Part shown: piece after piece, positions 12,201 through 26,800 of the stretch | How the letters are laid out: every line of letters begins with the position of its first letter | How positions within the stretch are numbered: position 1 is the first letter of the stretch | Source of the DNA: the human T2T-CHM13v2.0 reference genome, Homo sapiens | Direction: 5' to 3' (one strand) | Length of the DNA: 64,000 nt | Assembly (NCBI RefSeq): GCF_009914755.1 | Contig: NC_060948.1 | Made by a program: the position numbers and the translations under genes | The notes under the pieces: model-generated | The model's database searches: none | Seen by the model: only the letters and a program-made list of their open reading frames with translations | Told to the model about the DNA's origin: nothing

Positions 12201-15200
12201 TTGAATGGAAAGTAATGCAATGGAATAGAATGGAACGAAATTTCACGGAATGGGATCAAACTGAATGGAATCAAATCAATGGAATCAAATCAAATGGAAT
12301 GGAAAGGAATTGAATGGAGTAGATTGGATTGGATGGGATTGGAATGAAATGTACTGGAAAGGACTCGAATTTCATGAAACGGAATGGAATGAATTGGAAC
12401 GGAATCGACTCGAATGGAATGGAATGTCATGGAATGGCATCAAATGGAATGGCATCAAATGGAATGGAATCGAATGCAATGGAATGCTATGGAATGGAAT
12501 GGAATGCATTGGAATGGAATGTCCTCTAATGGAATGGATTCGAGTGGAATGGAATCGAATATAATGGAGTCGAATGAAATGGAATTGAAAGGAATGGGAT
12601 CGAATACAATGGAATAAACTGGAATGTAATGTAAAGAACTCGAATGTAATTGACTGGAATGGAATGTACATGAATGGAATGTAATCGAATGGAAAGTAAT
12701 CCAATGGAATAGAATCTAATGCAATAAAATCGACTCAGATAGAGTAGAATGTAATGGAATGGAGTGCAGTGCAATGGAATGGAATGGAATGGAATGCAAT
12801 TGAATGGAATGGAATGGAATGGAATGGAATGGAATGGGATGGAATGGTATGGAATGGATAGTAATGGACTGGAGTGAAATGGACTGGAAAGGAATGGACT
12901 CAAATTGAAAGGGCTCGAAAGGAATGGAGTCAAATGGAATGGTCTGGAATGGAATGAACACGAATGTAATGCAATCCAATAGAATGGAATCGAATGGCAT
13001 GGAATATAAAGAAATGGAATCGGAGAGAATGGAAACAAATGGAATGGAATTGAATGGAATGGAATTGAATGGAATGGGAACGAATGGAGTGAAATTGTAT
13101 GCAGTAGAAGGGAATAGAATGGAATGCAAGCGAAAGGAAAGGAATGGATTGGAATGGAATGGAATTCATTGGAATGGAAGGGAATGTAGTGTAATGGACA
13201 GGCCTGGAATAAAGTGGAATGCTACGGTCTCGAATGGAATAAAAATGTATGGAATGGAATGCAATGAAATGGAATCGAATGTCATAGAATGTAATGGAAT
13301 GCAAAAAAATGGAATCCAAAATCATTGACTGGAAAGGCTGGGTGTCGAAAGGAATTGACTCCAATGGAATGGAATCGAATGGAATGGAAGTGAATAGAAT
13401 CGAACTAAATCGAATGGAATGGAATTGATAGGAACGGAATGGAAAGGAATGCAATGATTTGGCATGGAATGGAATCGAATGGCATCGAATGGAATGGAAT
13501 GGAATGCAATGGAATGGAATGTATTAGAATGGAATGAACTTTAATGGAATGTACTCGAATGGATTCGACTGGAATGGAATGTTCTGGAAGTGAATGGACT
13601 CCAATGGAATGGATTCAAAAGGAATGCAATCGTACGGAATGGAATCTAATGGAATGGAATTAAATGGAAATGAATCAAATTGAATAGCACGGAATTGAAT
13701 TGAATGGAATCGAATGCAATGGAATCTAATGAAACGGAAAGGAAAGGAATGGAATGGAATGGAATGGGCTGGAATGGAACGGAATCGAAACGAATGGAAT
13801 GGAATCGAACTGAAGAGACTGGAATGGAATGCACTGGAATGGAAGGGAGTGTAATGGAAGGTTCTCGAAAAAAATGGAATCGAATGGAATGGAATTGAAT
13901 GGAACGGAATAGAGTCGAATGGAATTGAATGGAATGGAATGGACTAGAGTGAAATGGAATCGAACCACAAGGAATGGACAGGAATAGAATGGTCTCGAAT
14001 TGAATGGAATCGTATGGAATGGCATCAAACGGAATGGAATGGACAGCCACGGAATGGAATGCACTCGAATGCAATGGAGTCGAAACTAAAGGACTGGAAT
14101 AGAATGGACTCGACTGGTACGGACTCCAATGGAATGGAATCGAATGGAAGGGAATCGATCGGAATGGACTCGAAGGGAAAAGACTGCAATGGAAAGGTCT
14201 CGAATGGAATGGAAATTAATGGAATGGAATGGAATCGAATGAAATGGAGTCAAAAGGAATGGAATCGAATGGCAAGAAATCGAATGTAATGGAATCGCAA
14301 GGAATTGATGTGAACGGAACGGAAAGGAATGGAATCCAAAGGAATGGAATAGAATGGAATGGAATCGAATGGAAAGGACTCGAATGGAAATCACTCGAAT
14401 AGAATGCAATTTAATAAAATAGGATCAAATGTAATGGAATGGAATGGAAAGGAATCGAAACGAAAGGAATGGAGACAGATGGAATGGAATGGAACAGAGA
14501 GCAATGGTATAGAATGGAATGGAATCATCTGGAATGGAATTGAATGGAATGGAATAATATGAAATGGAATGGAATGGAATGGAATGGAATGCCCTTGAAT
14601 TAAATGGACTGGAATGGAATGGACTCGAACAGAGTGGAATGGAAAGTGTTGAAATAGAATGGAATGGACTCGTTTGGAATGGTCTAGTATGCAATGCAAT
14701 CGACTGGCAGGGAATCAAAAGGAATGTAATGGAATGGATTGGACTGGAATGCAATGGACTCGAATAGATTGGAAACGGAATACAAAGGAATGGAATGGAA
14801 TAGTATGGAATGGAATGGAAAGGAATGGAGTGGAATAGACTAGAGTGGAATGGAATGGACTGGAAAGCAATGGACTGGAATGGAACTTTCTTGAATGGAC
14901 TGGAATCAAACGGAATGGAATGCAATGCAATCAAATGGCATGGAATAAAATAGAATGAAAGAGAATCAAATGGAATTGAATCGAATGGAATCGAATGGAT
15001 TGGAAAGGAATAGAATGGAATGGAATGGAATTGACTCAAATGGAATGGACTAGAATGGAATGGATTCGAATGGAAGGCAAAGGAATGGAATCTATTGGAA
15101 TGGACTGTAATGGAATGGAATGGAAGGGATTGGAATGGACTCGAATGGAATGGACTGCAATAGAAAGGATTCGAATGGAATGAAAAAGAATTGAATGGAA

Positions 15201-17899
15201 TAGAACAGAATGGAATCAAATCGAATGAAATGGAATGGAATAGAAAGGAATGGAATGAAATGGAATGGAAAGGATTCGAATGGAATGCAATCGAATGGAA
15301 TGGAATCGAACGGAATGGAATAAAATGGAAGAAAACTGGCAAGAAATGGAATCGAAATGAATGGAGTGTTATGGAACGGACTCAAAAGGAATTGAATGTA
15401 ATAGAATGGAGTGGAGTGGACTCGAATATAATGGACTGGAATGGAATGAAATCACATGGAATGGGAACGAATGGAATGGAATGGAAAGGAATGGAATCGA
15501 ATGGAAAGGAATCGAATGGAAGGGAATGAAATTGAATGAACAGGAATGGAAGGGAATAGAATAGACGGTAATGGAATGGACTCGAATAGAATGGACACGA
15601 ATGCTCAAATTGAATGGACTCGAATGGAATGGAAACGAAAGGAATGTCATCGAATGGAATTGAATCGATTGGAATGAAATCGCATAGAATGGAGTGGAAT
15701 CAAATGGAATTGAATCGAAAGGAAAGGAAGCGAATGGACTGAAATGAAATGGAATGGAATTGAATGGAAAGTAATGCAATGGAATAGAATGGAACGAAAT
15801 TTCACGGAATGGGATCAAACTGAATGGAATCAAATCAATGGAATCAAATCAAATGGAATGGAAAGGAATTGAATGGAGTAGATTGGATTGGATGGGATTG
15901 GAATGAAATGTACTGGAAAGGACTCGAATTTCATGAAACGGAATGGAATGAATTGGAACGGAATCGACTCGAATGGAATGGAATGTCATGGAATGGCATC
16001 AAATGGAATGGCATCAAATGGAATGGAATCGAATGCAATGGAATGCTATGGAATGGAATGGAATGCATTGGAATGGAATGTCCTCTAATGGAATGGATTC
16101 GAGTGGAATGGAATCGAATATAATGGAGTCGAATGAAATGGAATTGAAAGGAATGGGATCGAATACAATGGAATAAACTGGAATGTAATGTAAAGAACTC
16201 GAATGTAATTGACTGGAATGGAATGTACATGAATGGAATGTAATCGAATGGAAAGTAATCCAATGGAATAGAATCTAATGCAATAAAATCGACTCAGATA
16301 GAGTAGAATGTAATGGAATGGAGTGCAGTGCAATGGAATGGAATGGAATGGAATGCAATTGAATGGAATGGAATGGAATGGAATGGAATGGAATGGGATG
16401 GAATGGTATGGAATGGATAGTAATGGACTGGAGTGAAATGGACTGGAAAGGAATGGACTCAAATTGAAAGGGCTCGAAAGGAATGGAGTCAAATGGAATG
16501 GTCTGGAATGGAATGAACACGAATGTAATGCAATCCAATAGAATGGAATCGAATGGCATGGAATATAAAGAAATGGAATCGGAGAGAATGGAAACAAATG
16601 GAATGGAATTGAATGGAATGGAATTGAATGGAATGGGAACGAATGGAGTGAAATTGTATGCAGTAGAAGGGAATAGAATGGAATGCAAGCGAAAGGAAAG
16701 GAATGGATTGGAATGGAATGGAATTCATTGGAATGGAAGGGAATGTAGTGTAATGGACAGGCCTGGAATAAAGTGGAATGCTACGGTCTCGAATGGAATA
16801 AAAATGTATGGAATGTAATGCAATGAAATGGAATCGAATGTCATAGAATGTAATGGAATGCAAAAAAATGGAATCCAAAATCATTGACTGGAAAGGCTGG
16901 GTGTCGAAAGGAATTGACTCCAATGGAATGGAATCGAATGGAATGGAAGTGAATAGAATCGAACTAAATCGAATGGAATGGAATTGATAGGAACGGAATG
17001 GAAAGGAATGCAATGATTTGGCATGGAATGGAATCGAATGGCATCGAATGGAATGGAATGGAATGCAATGGAATGGAATGTATTAGAATGTAATGAACTT
17101 TAATGGAATGTACTCGAATGGATTCGACTGGAATGGAATGTTCTGGAAGTGAATGGACTCCAATGGAATGGATTCAAAAGGAATGCAATCGTACGGAATG
17201 GAATCTAATGGAATGGAATTAAATGGAAATGAATCAAATTGAATAGCACGGAATTGAATTGAATGGAATGGAATGCAATGGAATCTAATGAAACGGAAAG
17301 GAAAGGAATGGAATGGAATGGAATGGGCTGGAATGGAAAGGAATCGAAACGAATGGAATGGAATCGAACTGAAAAGACTGGAATGGAATGCACTGGAATG
17401 GAAGGGAGTGTAATGGAAGGTTCTCGAAAAAAATGGAATCGAATGGAATGGAATTGAATGGAACGGAATAGAGTCGAATGGAATTGAATGGAATGGAATG
17501 GACTAGAGTGAAATGGAATCGAACCACAAGGAATGGACAGGAATAGAATGGTCTCGAATTGAATGGAATCGTATGGAATGGCATCAAACGGAATGGAATG
17601 GACAGCCACGGAATGGAATGCACTCGAATGCAATGGAGTCGAAACTAATGGACTGGAATAGAATGGACTCGACTGGTACGGACTCCAATGGAATGGAATC
17701 GAATGGAAGGGAATCGAACGGAATGGACTCGAAGGGAAAAGACTGCAATGGAAAGGTCTCGAATGGAATGGAAATTAATGGAATGGAATGGAATCGAATG
17801 AAATGGAGTCAAAAGGAATGGAATCGAATGGCAAGAAATCGAATGTAATGGAATCGCAAGGAATTGATGTGAACGGAACGGAATGGAATGGAATCCAAA

Positions 17900-20800
17900 G
17901 GAATGGAATAGAATGGAATGGAATCGAATGGAAAGGACTCGAATGGCAATCACTCGAATAGAATGCAATTTAATAAAATAGGATCAAATGTAATGGAATG
18001 GAATGGAAAGGAATCGAAACGAAAGGAATGGAGACAGATGGAATGGAATGGAACAGAGAGCAATGGTATAGAATGGAATGGAATCATCTGGAATGGAATT
18101 GAATGGAATGGAATAATATGAAATGGAATGGAATGGAATGGAATGGAATGCCCTTGAATTAAATGGACTGGAATGGAATGGACTCGAACAGAGTGGAATG
18201 GAAAGTGTTGAGATAGAATGGAATGGACTCCTTTGGAATGGTGTAGTATGCAATGCAATCGACTGGCAGGGAATCAAAAGGAATGTAATCGAATGGAATG
18301 GACTGGAATGCAATGGACTCGAATAGATTGGAAACGGAATGCAAAGGAATGGAATGGAATAGTATGGAATGGAATGGAAAGGAATGGAGTGGAATAGACT
18401 AGAGTGGAATGGAATGGACTGGAAAGCAATGGACTGGAATGGAACTTTCTTGAATGGACTGGAATCAAACGGAATGGAATGCAATACAATCAAATGGCAT
18501 GGAATAAAATAGAATGAAAGAGAATCAAATGGAATTGAATCGAATGGAATCGAATGGATTGGAAAGGAATAGAATGGAATGGAATGGAATTGACTCAAAT
18601 GGAATGGACTAGAATGGAATGGATTCGAATGGAAGGCAAAGGAATGGAATCTATTGGAATGGACTGTAATGGAATGGAATGGAAGGGATTGGAATGGACT
18701 CGAATGGAATGGACTGCAATAGAAAGGATTCGAATGGAATGAAAAAGAATTGAATGGAATAGAACAGAATGGAATCAAATCGAATGAAATGGAATGGAAT
18801 AGAAAGGAATGGAATGAAATGGAATGGAAAGGATTCGAATGGAATGCAATCGAATGGAATGGAATCGAACGGAATGGAATAAAATGGAAGAAAACTGGCA
18901 AGAAATGGAATCGAAATGAATGGAGTGTTATGGAACGGACTCAAAAGGAATTGAATGTAATAGAATGGAGTGGAGTGGACTCGAATATAATGGACTGGAA
19001 TGGAATGAAATCACATGGAATGGGAACGAATGGAATGGAATGGAAAGGAATGGAATCGAATGGAAAGGAATCGAATGGAAGGGAATGAAATTGAATCAAC
19101 AGGAATGGAAGGGAATAGAATAGACGGTAATGGAATGGACTCGAATAGAATGGACACGAATGCTCAAATTGAATGGACTCGAATGGAATGGAAATGAAAG
19201 GAATGTCATCGAATGGAATTGAATGGATTGGAATGAAATCGCATAGAATGGAGTGGAATCAAATGGAATTGAATCGAAAGGAAAGGAAGCGAATGGACTG
19301 AAATGAAATGGAATGGAATTGAATGGAAAGTAATGCAATGGAATAGAATGGAACGAAATTTCACGGAATGGAATCAAACTGAATGGAATCAAATCAATGG
19401 AATCAAATCAAATGGAATGGAAAGGAATTGAATGGAGTAGATTGGATTGGATGGGATTGGAATGAAATGTACTGGAAAGGACTCGAATTTCATGAAACGG
19501 AATGGAATGAATTGGAACGGAATGGACTCGAATGGAATGGAATGTCATGGAATGGCATCAAATGGAATGGCATCAAATGGAATGGAATCGAATGCAATGG
19601 AATGCTATGGAATGGAATGGAATGCATTGGAATGGAATGTCCTCTAATGGAATGGATTCGAGTGGAATGGAATCGAATATAATGGAGTCGAATGAAATGG
19701 AATTGAAAGGAATGGGATCGAATACAATGGAATATACTGGAATGTAATGTAATGAACTCGAATGTAATTGACTGGAATGGAATGTACATGAATGGAATGT
19801 AATCGAATGGAAAGTAATCCAATGGAATAGAATCTAATGCAATAAAACCGACTCAGATATAGTAGAATGTAATGGAATGGAGTGCAGTGCAATGGAAGGG
19901 AATGGAATTGAATGCAATGGAATGGAATGGAATGGAATGGAATGGAATGGAATGGAATGGAATGGAATGGGATGGAATGGTATGGAATGGATAGTAATGG
20001 ACTGGAGTGAAATGGACTGGAAAGGAATGGACTCAAATTGAAAGGGCTCGAAAGGAATGGAGTCAAATGGAATGGTCTGGAATAGAATGAACACGAAAGT
20101 AATGCAATCCAATAGAATGGAATCGAATGGCATGGAATATAAAGAAATGGAATCGAAGAGAATGGAAACAAATGGAATGGAATTGAATGGAATGGAATTG
20201 AATGGAATGGGAACGAATGGAGTGAAATTGTATGCAGTAGAAGGGAATAGAATGGAATGCAAGCGAAAGGAAAGGAATGGATTGGAATGGAATGGAATTC
20301 ATTGGAATGGAAGGGAATGTAGTGTAATGGACAGGCCTGGAATAAAGTGGAATGCTACGGTCTCGAATGGAATAAAAATGTATGGAATGGAATGCAATGA
20401 AACGGAATCGAATGTCATAGAATGTAATGGAATGCAACAAAATGGAATCCAAAATCATTGACTGGAAAGGCTGGGTGTCGAAAGGAATTGACTCCAATGG
20501 AATGGAATCGAATGGAATGGAAGTGAATAGAATCGAACTAAATCGAATGGAATGGAATTGATAGGAACGGAATGGAAAGGAATGCAATGATTTGGCATGG
20601 AATGGAATCGAATGGCATCGAATGGAATGGAATGGAATGCAATGGAATGGAACGTATTAGAATGTAATGAACTTTAATGGAATGTACTCGAATGGATTCG
20701 ACTGGAATGGAATGTTCTGGAAGTGAATGGGCTCCAATGGAATGGAATCAAAAGGAATGGAATCGTACGGAATGGAATCTAATGGAATGGAATTAAATGG

Positions 20801-23800
20801 AAATGAATCAAATTGAATAGCACGGAATTGAATTGAATGGAATCGAATGCAATGGAATCTAATGAAACGGAAAGGAAAGGAATGGAATGGAATGGAATGG
20901 GCTGGAATGGAAAGGAATCGAAACGAATGGAATGGAATCGAACTGAAGAGACTGGAATGGAATGCACTGGAATGGAAGGGAGTGTAATGGAAGGTTCTCG
21001 AAAGAAATGGAATCGAATGGAATGGAATTGAATGGAACGGAATAGAGTCGAATGGAATTGAATGGAATGGAATGGACTAGAGTGAAATGGAATCGAACCA
21101 CAAGGAATGGACAGGAATAGAATGGTCTCGAATTGAATGGAATCATATGGAATTGCATCAAACGGAATGGAATGGACAGCCACGGAATGGAATGCACTCG
21201 AATGCAATGGAGTCGAAACAAATGGACTGGAATAGAATGGACTCGACTGGTACGGACTCCAATGGAATGGAATCGAATGGAAGGGAATCGAACGGAATGG
21301 ACTCGAAGGGAAAAGACTGCAATGGAAAGGTCTCGAATGGAATGGAAATTAATGGAATGGAATGGAATCGAATGAAATGGAGTCAAAAGGAATGGAATCG
21401 AATGGCAAGAAATCGAATGTAATGGAATCGCAAGGAATTGATGTGAACGGAACGGAATGGAATGGAATCCAAAGGAATGGAATAGAATGGAATGGAATCG
21501 AATGGAAAGGACTCGAATGGAAATCACTCGAATAGAATGCAATTTAATAAAATAGGATCAAATGTAATGGAATGGAATGGAAAGGAATCGAAACGAAAGG
21601 AATGGAGACAGATGGAATGGAATGGAACAGAGAGCAATGGTATAGAATGGAATGGAATCATCTGGAATGGAATTGAATGGAATGGAATAATATGAAATGG
21701 AATGGAATGGAATGGAATGGAATGCCCTTGAATTAAATGGACTGGAATGGAATGGACTCGAACAGAGTGGAATGGAAAGTGTTGAGATAGAATGGAATGG
21801 ACTCCTTTGGAATGGTCTAGTATGCAATGCAATCGACTGGCAGGGAATCAAAAGGAATGTAATGGAATGGATTGGAGTGGAATGCAATGGACAGGAATAG
21901 ATTGGAAACGGAATGCAAAGGAATGGAATGGAATAGTATGGAATGGAATGGAAAGGAATGGAGTGGAATAGACTAGAGTGTAATGCAATGGACTGGAAAG
22001 CAATGGACTGGAATGGAACTTTCTTGAATGGACTGGAATCAAACGGAATGGAATGCAATGCAATCAAATGGCATGGAATAAAATAGAATGAAAGAGAATC
22101 AAATGGAATTGAATCGAATGGAATCGAATGGATTGGAAAGGAATAGAATGGAATGGAATGGAATTCACTCAAATGGAAAGGACTAGAATGGAATGGATTC
22201 GAATGGAAGGCAAAGGAATGGAATCTATTGGAATGGACTGTAATGGAATGGAATGGAAGGGATTGGAATGGACTCGAATGGAATGGACTGCAATAGAAAG
22301 GATTCGAATGGAATGAAAAAGAATTGAATGGAATAGAACAGAATGGAATCAAATCGAATGAAATGGAATGGAATAGAAAGGAATGGAATGAAATGGAATG
22401 GAAAGGATTCGAATGGAATGCAATCGAATGGAATGGAATCGAACGGAATGGAATAAAATGGAAGAAAACTGGCAAGAAATGGAATCGAAATGAATGGAGT
22501 GTTATGGAACGGACTCAAAAGGAATTGAATGTAATAGAATGGAGTGGAGTGGACTCGAATATAATGGACTGGAATGGAATGAAATCACATGGAATGGGAA
22601 CGAATGGAATGGAATGGAAAGGAATGGAATCGAATGGAAAGGAATCGAATGGAAGGGAATGAAATTGAATCAACAGGAATGGAAGGGAATAGAATAGACG
22701 GTAATGGAATGGACTCGAATAGAATGGACACGAATGCTCAAATTGAATGGACTCGAATGGAATGGAAACGAAAGGAATGTCATCGAATGGAATTGAATCG
22801 ATCGGAATGAAATCGCATAGAATGGAGTGGAATCAAATGGAATTGAATCGAAAGGAAAGGAAGCGAATGGACTGAAATGAAATGGAATGGAATTGAATGG
22901 AAAGTAATGCAATGGAATAGAATGGAACGAAATTTCACGGAATGGAATCAAACTGAATGGAATCAAATCAATGGAATCTAATCAAATGGAATGGAAAGGA
23001 ATTGAATGGAGTAGATTGGATTGGATGGGATTGGAATGAAATGTACTGGAAAGGACTCGAATTTCATGAAACGGAATGGAATGAATTGCAACGGAATGGA
23101 CTCGAATGGAATGGAATGTCATGGAATGGCATCAAATGGAATGGCATCAAATGGAATGGAATCGAATGCAATCGAATGCTATGGAATGGAATGGAATGCA
23201 TTGGAATGGAATGTCCTCTAATGGAATGGATTCGAGTGGAATGGAATCGAATATAATGGAGTCGAATGAAATGGAATTGAAAGGAATGGGATCGAATAGA
23301 ATGGAATATACTGGAATGTAATGTAATGAACTCGAATGTAATTGACTGGAATGGAATGTACATGAATGGAATGTAATCGAATGGAAAGTAATCCAATGGA
23401 ATAGAATCTAATGCAATAAAACCGACTCAGATAGAGTAGAATGTAATGGAATGGAGTGCAGTGCAATGGAATGGAATGGAATTGAATGCAATGGAATGGA
23501 ATGGAATGGAATGGAATGGAATGGAATGGGATGGAATGGTATGGAATGGATAGTAATGGACTGGAGTGAAATGGACTGGAAAGGAATGGACTCAAATTGA
23601 AAGGGCTCGAAAGGAATGGAGTCAAATGGAATGGTCTGGAATGGAATGAACACGAATGTAATGCAATCCAATAGAATGGAATCGAATGGCATGGAATATA
23701 AAGAAATGGAATCGGAGAGAATGGAAACAAATGGAATGGAATTGAATGGAATGGAATTGAATGGAATGGGAACGAATGGAGTGAAATTGTATGCAGTAGA

Positions 23801-26800
23801 AGGGAATAGAATGGAATGCAAGCGAAGGAAAGGAATGGATTGGAATGGAATGGAATTCATTGGAATGGAAGGGAATGTAGTGTAATGGACAGGCCTGGAA
23901 TAAAGTGGAATGCTACGGTCTCGAATGGAATAAAAATGTATGGAAGGGAATGCAATGAAATGGAATCGAATGTCATAGAATGTAATGGAATGCAAAAAAA
24001 TGGAATCCAAAATCATTGACTGGAAAGGCTGGGTGTCGAAAGGAATTGACTCCAATGGAATGGAATCGAATGGAATGGAAGTGAATAGAATCGAACTAAA
24101 TCGAATGGAATGGAATTGATAGGAACGGAATGGAAAGGAATGCAATGATTTGGCATGGAATGGAATCGAATGGCATCGAATGGAATGGAATGGAATGCAA
24201 TGGAATGGAATGTATTAGAATGTAATGAACTTTAATGGAATGTACTCGAATGGATTCGACTGGAATGGAATGTTCTGGAAGTGAATGGACTCCAATGGAA
24301 TGGATTCAAAAGGAATGGAATCGTACGAAATGGAATCTAATGGAATGGAATTAAATGGAAATGAATCAAATTGAATAGCACGGAATTGAATTGAATGGAA
24401 TGGAATGCAATGGAATCTAATGAAATGGAAAGGAAAGGAATGGAATGGAATGGAATGGGCTGGAATGGAAAGGAATCCAAACGAATGGAATGGAATCGAA
24501 CTGAAGAGACTGGAATGGAATGCACTGGAATGGAAGGGAGTGTAATGGAAGGTTCTCGAAAAAAATGGAATGGAATGGAATGGAATTGAATGGAACGGAA
24601 TAGAGTCGAATGGAATTGAATGGAATGGAATGTACTAGAGTGAAATGGAATCGAACCACAAGGAATGGACAGGAATAGAATGGTCTCGAATTGAATGGAA
24701 TCGTATGGAATGGCATCAAACGGAATGGAATGGACAGCCACGGAATGGAATGCACTCGAATGCAATGGAGTCGAAACTAATGGACTGGAATAGAATGGAC
24801 TCGACTGGTACGGACTCCAATGGAATGGAATCGAAAGGAAGGGAATCGAACGGAATGGACTCGAAGGGAAAAGACTGCAATGGAAAGGTCTCGAATGGAA
24901 TGGAAATTAATGGAATGGAATGGAATCGAATGAAATGGAGTCAAAAGGAATGGAATCGAATGGCAAGAAATCGAATGTAATGGAATCGCAAGGAATTGAT
25001 GTGAACGGAACGGAATGGAATGGAATCCAAAGGAATGGAATAGAATGGAATGGAATCGAATGGAAAGGACTCGAATGGAAATCACTCGAATAGAATGCAA
25101 TTTAATAAAATAGGATCAAATGTAATGGAATGGAATGGAAAGGAATCGAAACGAAAGGAATGGAGACAGATGGAATGGAATGGAACAGAGAGCAATGGTA
25201 TAGAATGGAATGGAATCATCTGGAATGGAATTGAATGGAATGGAATAATACGAAATGGAATGGAATGGAATGGAATGGAATGCCCTTGAATTAAATGGAC
25301 TGGAATGGAATGGACTCGAACAGAGTGGAATGGAAAGTGTTGAGATAGAATGGAATGGACTCCTTTGGAATGGTGTAGTATGCAATGCAATCGACTGGCA
25401 GGGAATCAAAAGGAATGTAATCGAATGGATTGGACTGGAATGCAATGGACTCGAATAGATTGGAAACGGAATGCAAAGGAATGGAATGGAATAGTATGGA
25501 ATGGAATGGAAAGGAATGGAGTGGAATAGACTAGAGTGGAATGGAATGGACTGGAAAGCAATGGACTGGAATGGAACTTTCTTGAATAGACTGGAATCAA
25601 ACGGAATGGAATGCAATACAATCAAATGGCATGGAATAAAATAGAATGAAAGAGAATCAAATGGAATTGAATCGAATGGAATCGAATGGATTGGAAAGGA
25701 ATAGAATGGAATGGAATGGAATGGACTCAAATGGAATGGACTAGAATGGAATGGATTCGAATGGAAGGCAAAGGAATGGAATCTATTAGAATGGACTGTA
25801 ATGGAATGGAATGGAAGGGATTGGAATGGACTCGAATGGAATGGACTGCAATAGAAAGGATTCGAATGGAATGAAAAAGAATTGAATGGAATAGAACAGA
25901 ATGGAATCAAATCGAATGAAATGGAATGGAATAGAAAGGAATGGAATGAAATGGAATGGAAAGGATTCGAATGGAATGCAATCGAATGGAATGGAATCGA
26001 ACGGAATGGAATAAAATGGAAGAAAACTGGCAAGAAATGGAATCGAAATGAATGGAGTGTTATGGAACGGACTCAAAAGGAATTGAATGTAATAGAATGG
26101 AGTGGAGTGGACTCGAATATAATGGACTGGAATGGAATGAAATCACATGGAATGGGAACGAATGGAATGGAATGGAAAGGAATGGAATCGAATGGAAAGG
26201 AATCGAATGGAAGGGAATGAAATTGAATCAACAGGAATGGAAGGGAATAGAATAGACGGTAATGGAATGGACTCGAATAGAATGGACACGAATGCTCAAA
26301 TTGAATGGACTCGAATGGAATGGAAATGAAAGGAATGTCATCGAATGGAATTGAATCGATTGGAATGAAATCGCATAGAATGGAGTGGAATCAAATGGAA
26401 TTGAATCGAAAGGAAAGGAAGCGAATGGACTGAAATGAAATGGAATGGAATTGAATGGAAAGTAATGCAATGGAATAGAATGGAACGAAATTTCACGGAA
26501 TGGAATCATACTGAATGGAATCAAATCAATGGAATCAAATCAAATGGAATGGAAAGGAATTGAATGGAGTAGATTGGATTGGATGGGATTGGAATGAAAT
26601 GTACTGGAAAGGACTCGAATTTCATGAAACGGAATGGAATGAATTGGAACGGAATGGACTCGAATGGAATGGAATGTCATGGAATGGCATCAAATGGAAT
26701 GGCATCAAATGGAATGGAATCGAATGCAATGGAATGCTATGGAATGGAATGGAATGCATTGGAATGGAATGTCCTCTAATGGAATGGATTCGAGTGGAAT

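Noticed and set aside
22974-22984. GAATCTAATCA variant resembling the DUX4 motif TAATCTAATCA
   Set aside because: It mismatches the first T of the TAAT core, is polymorphic among monomers, and is easily produced by chance in this repeat.
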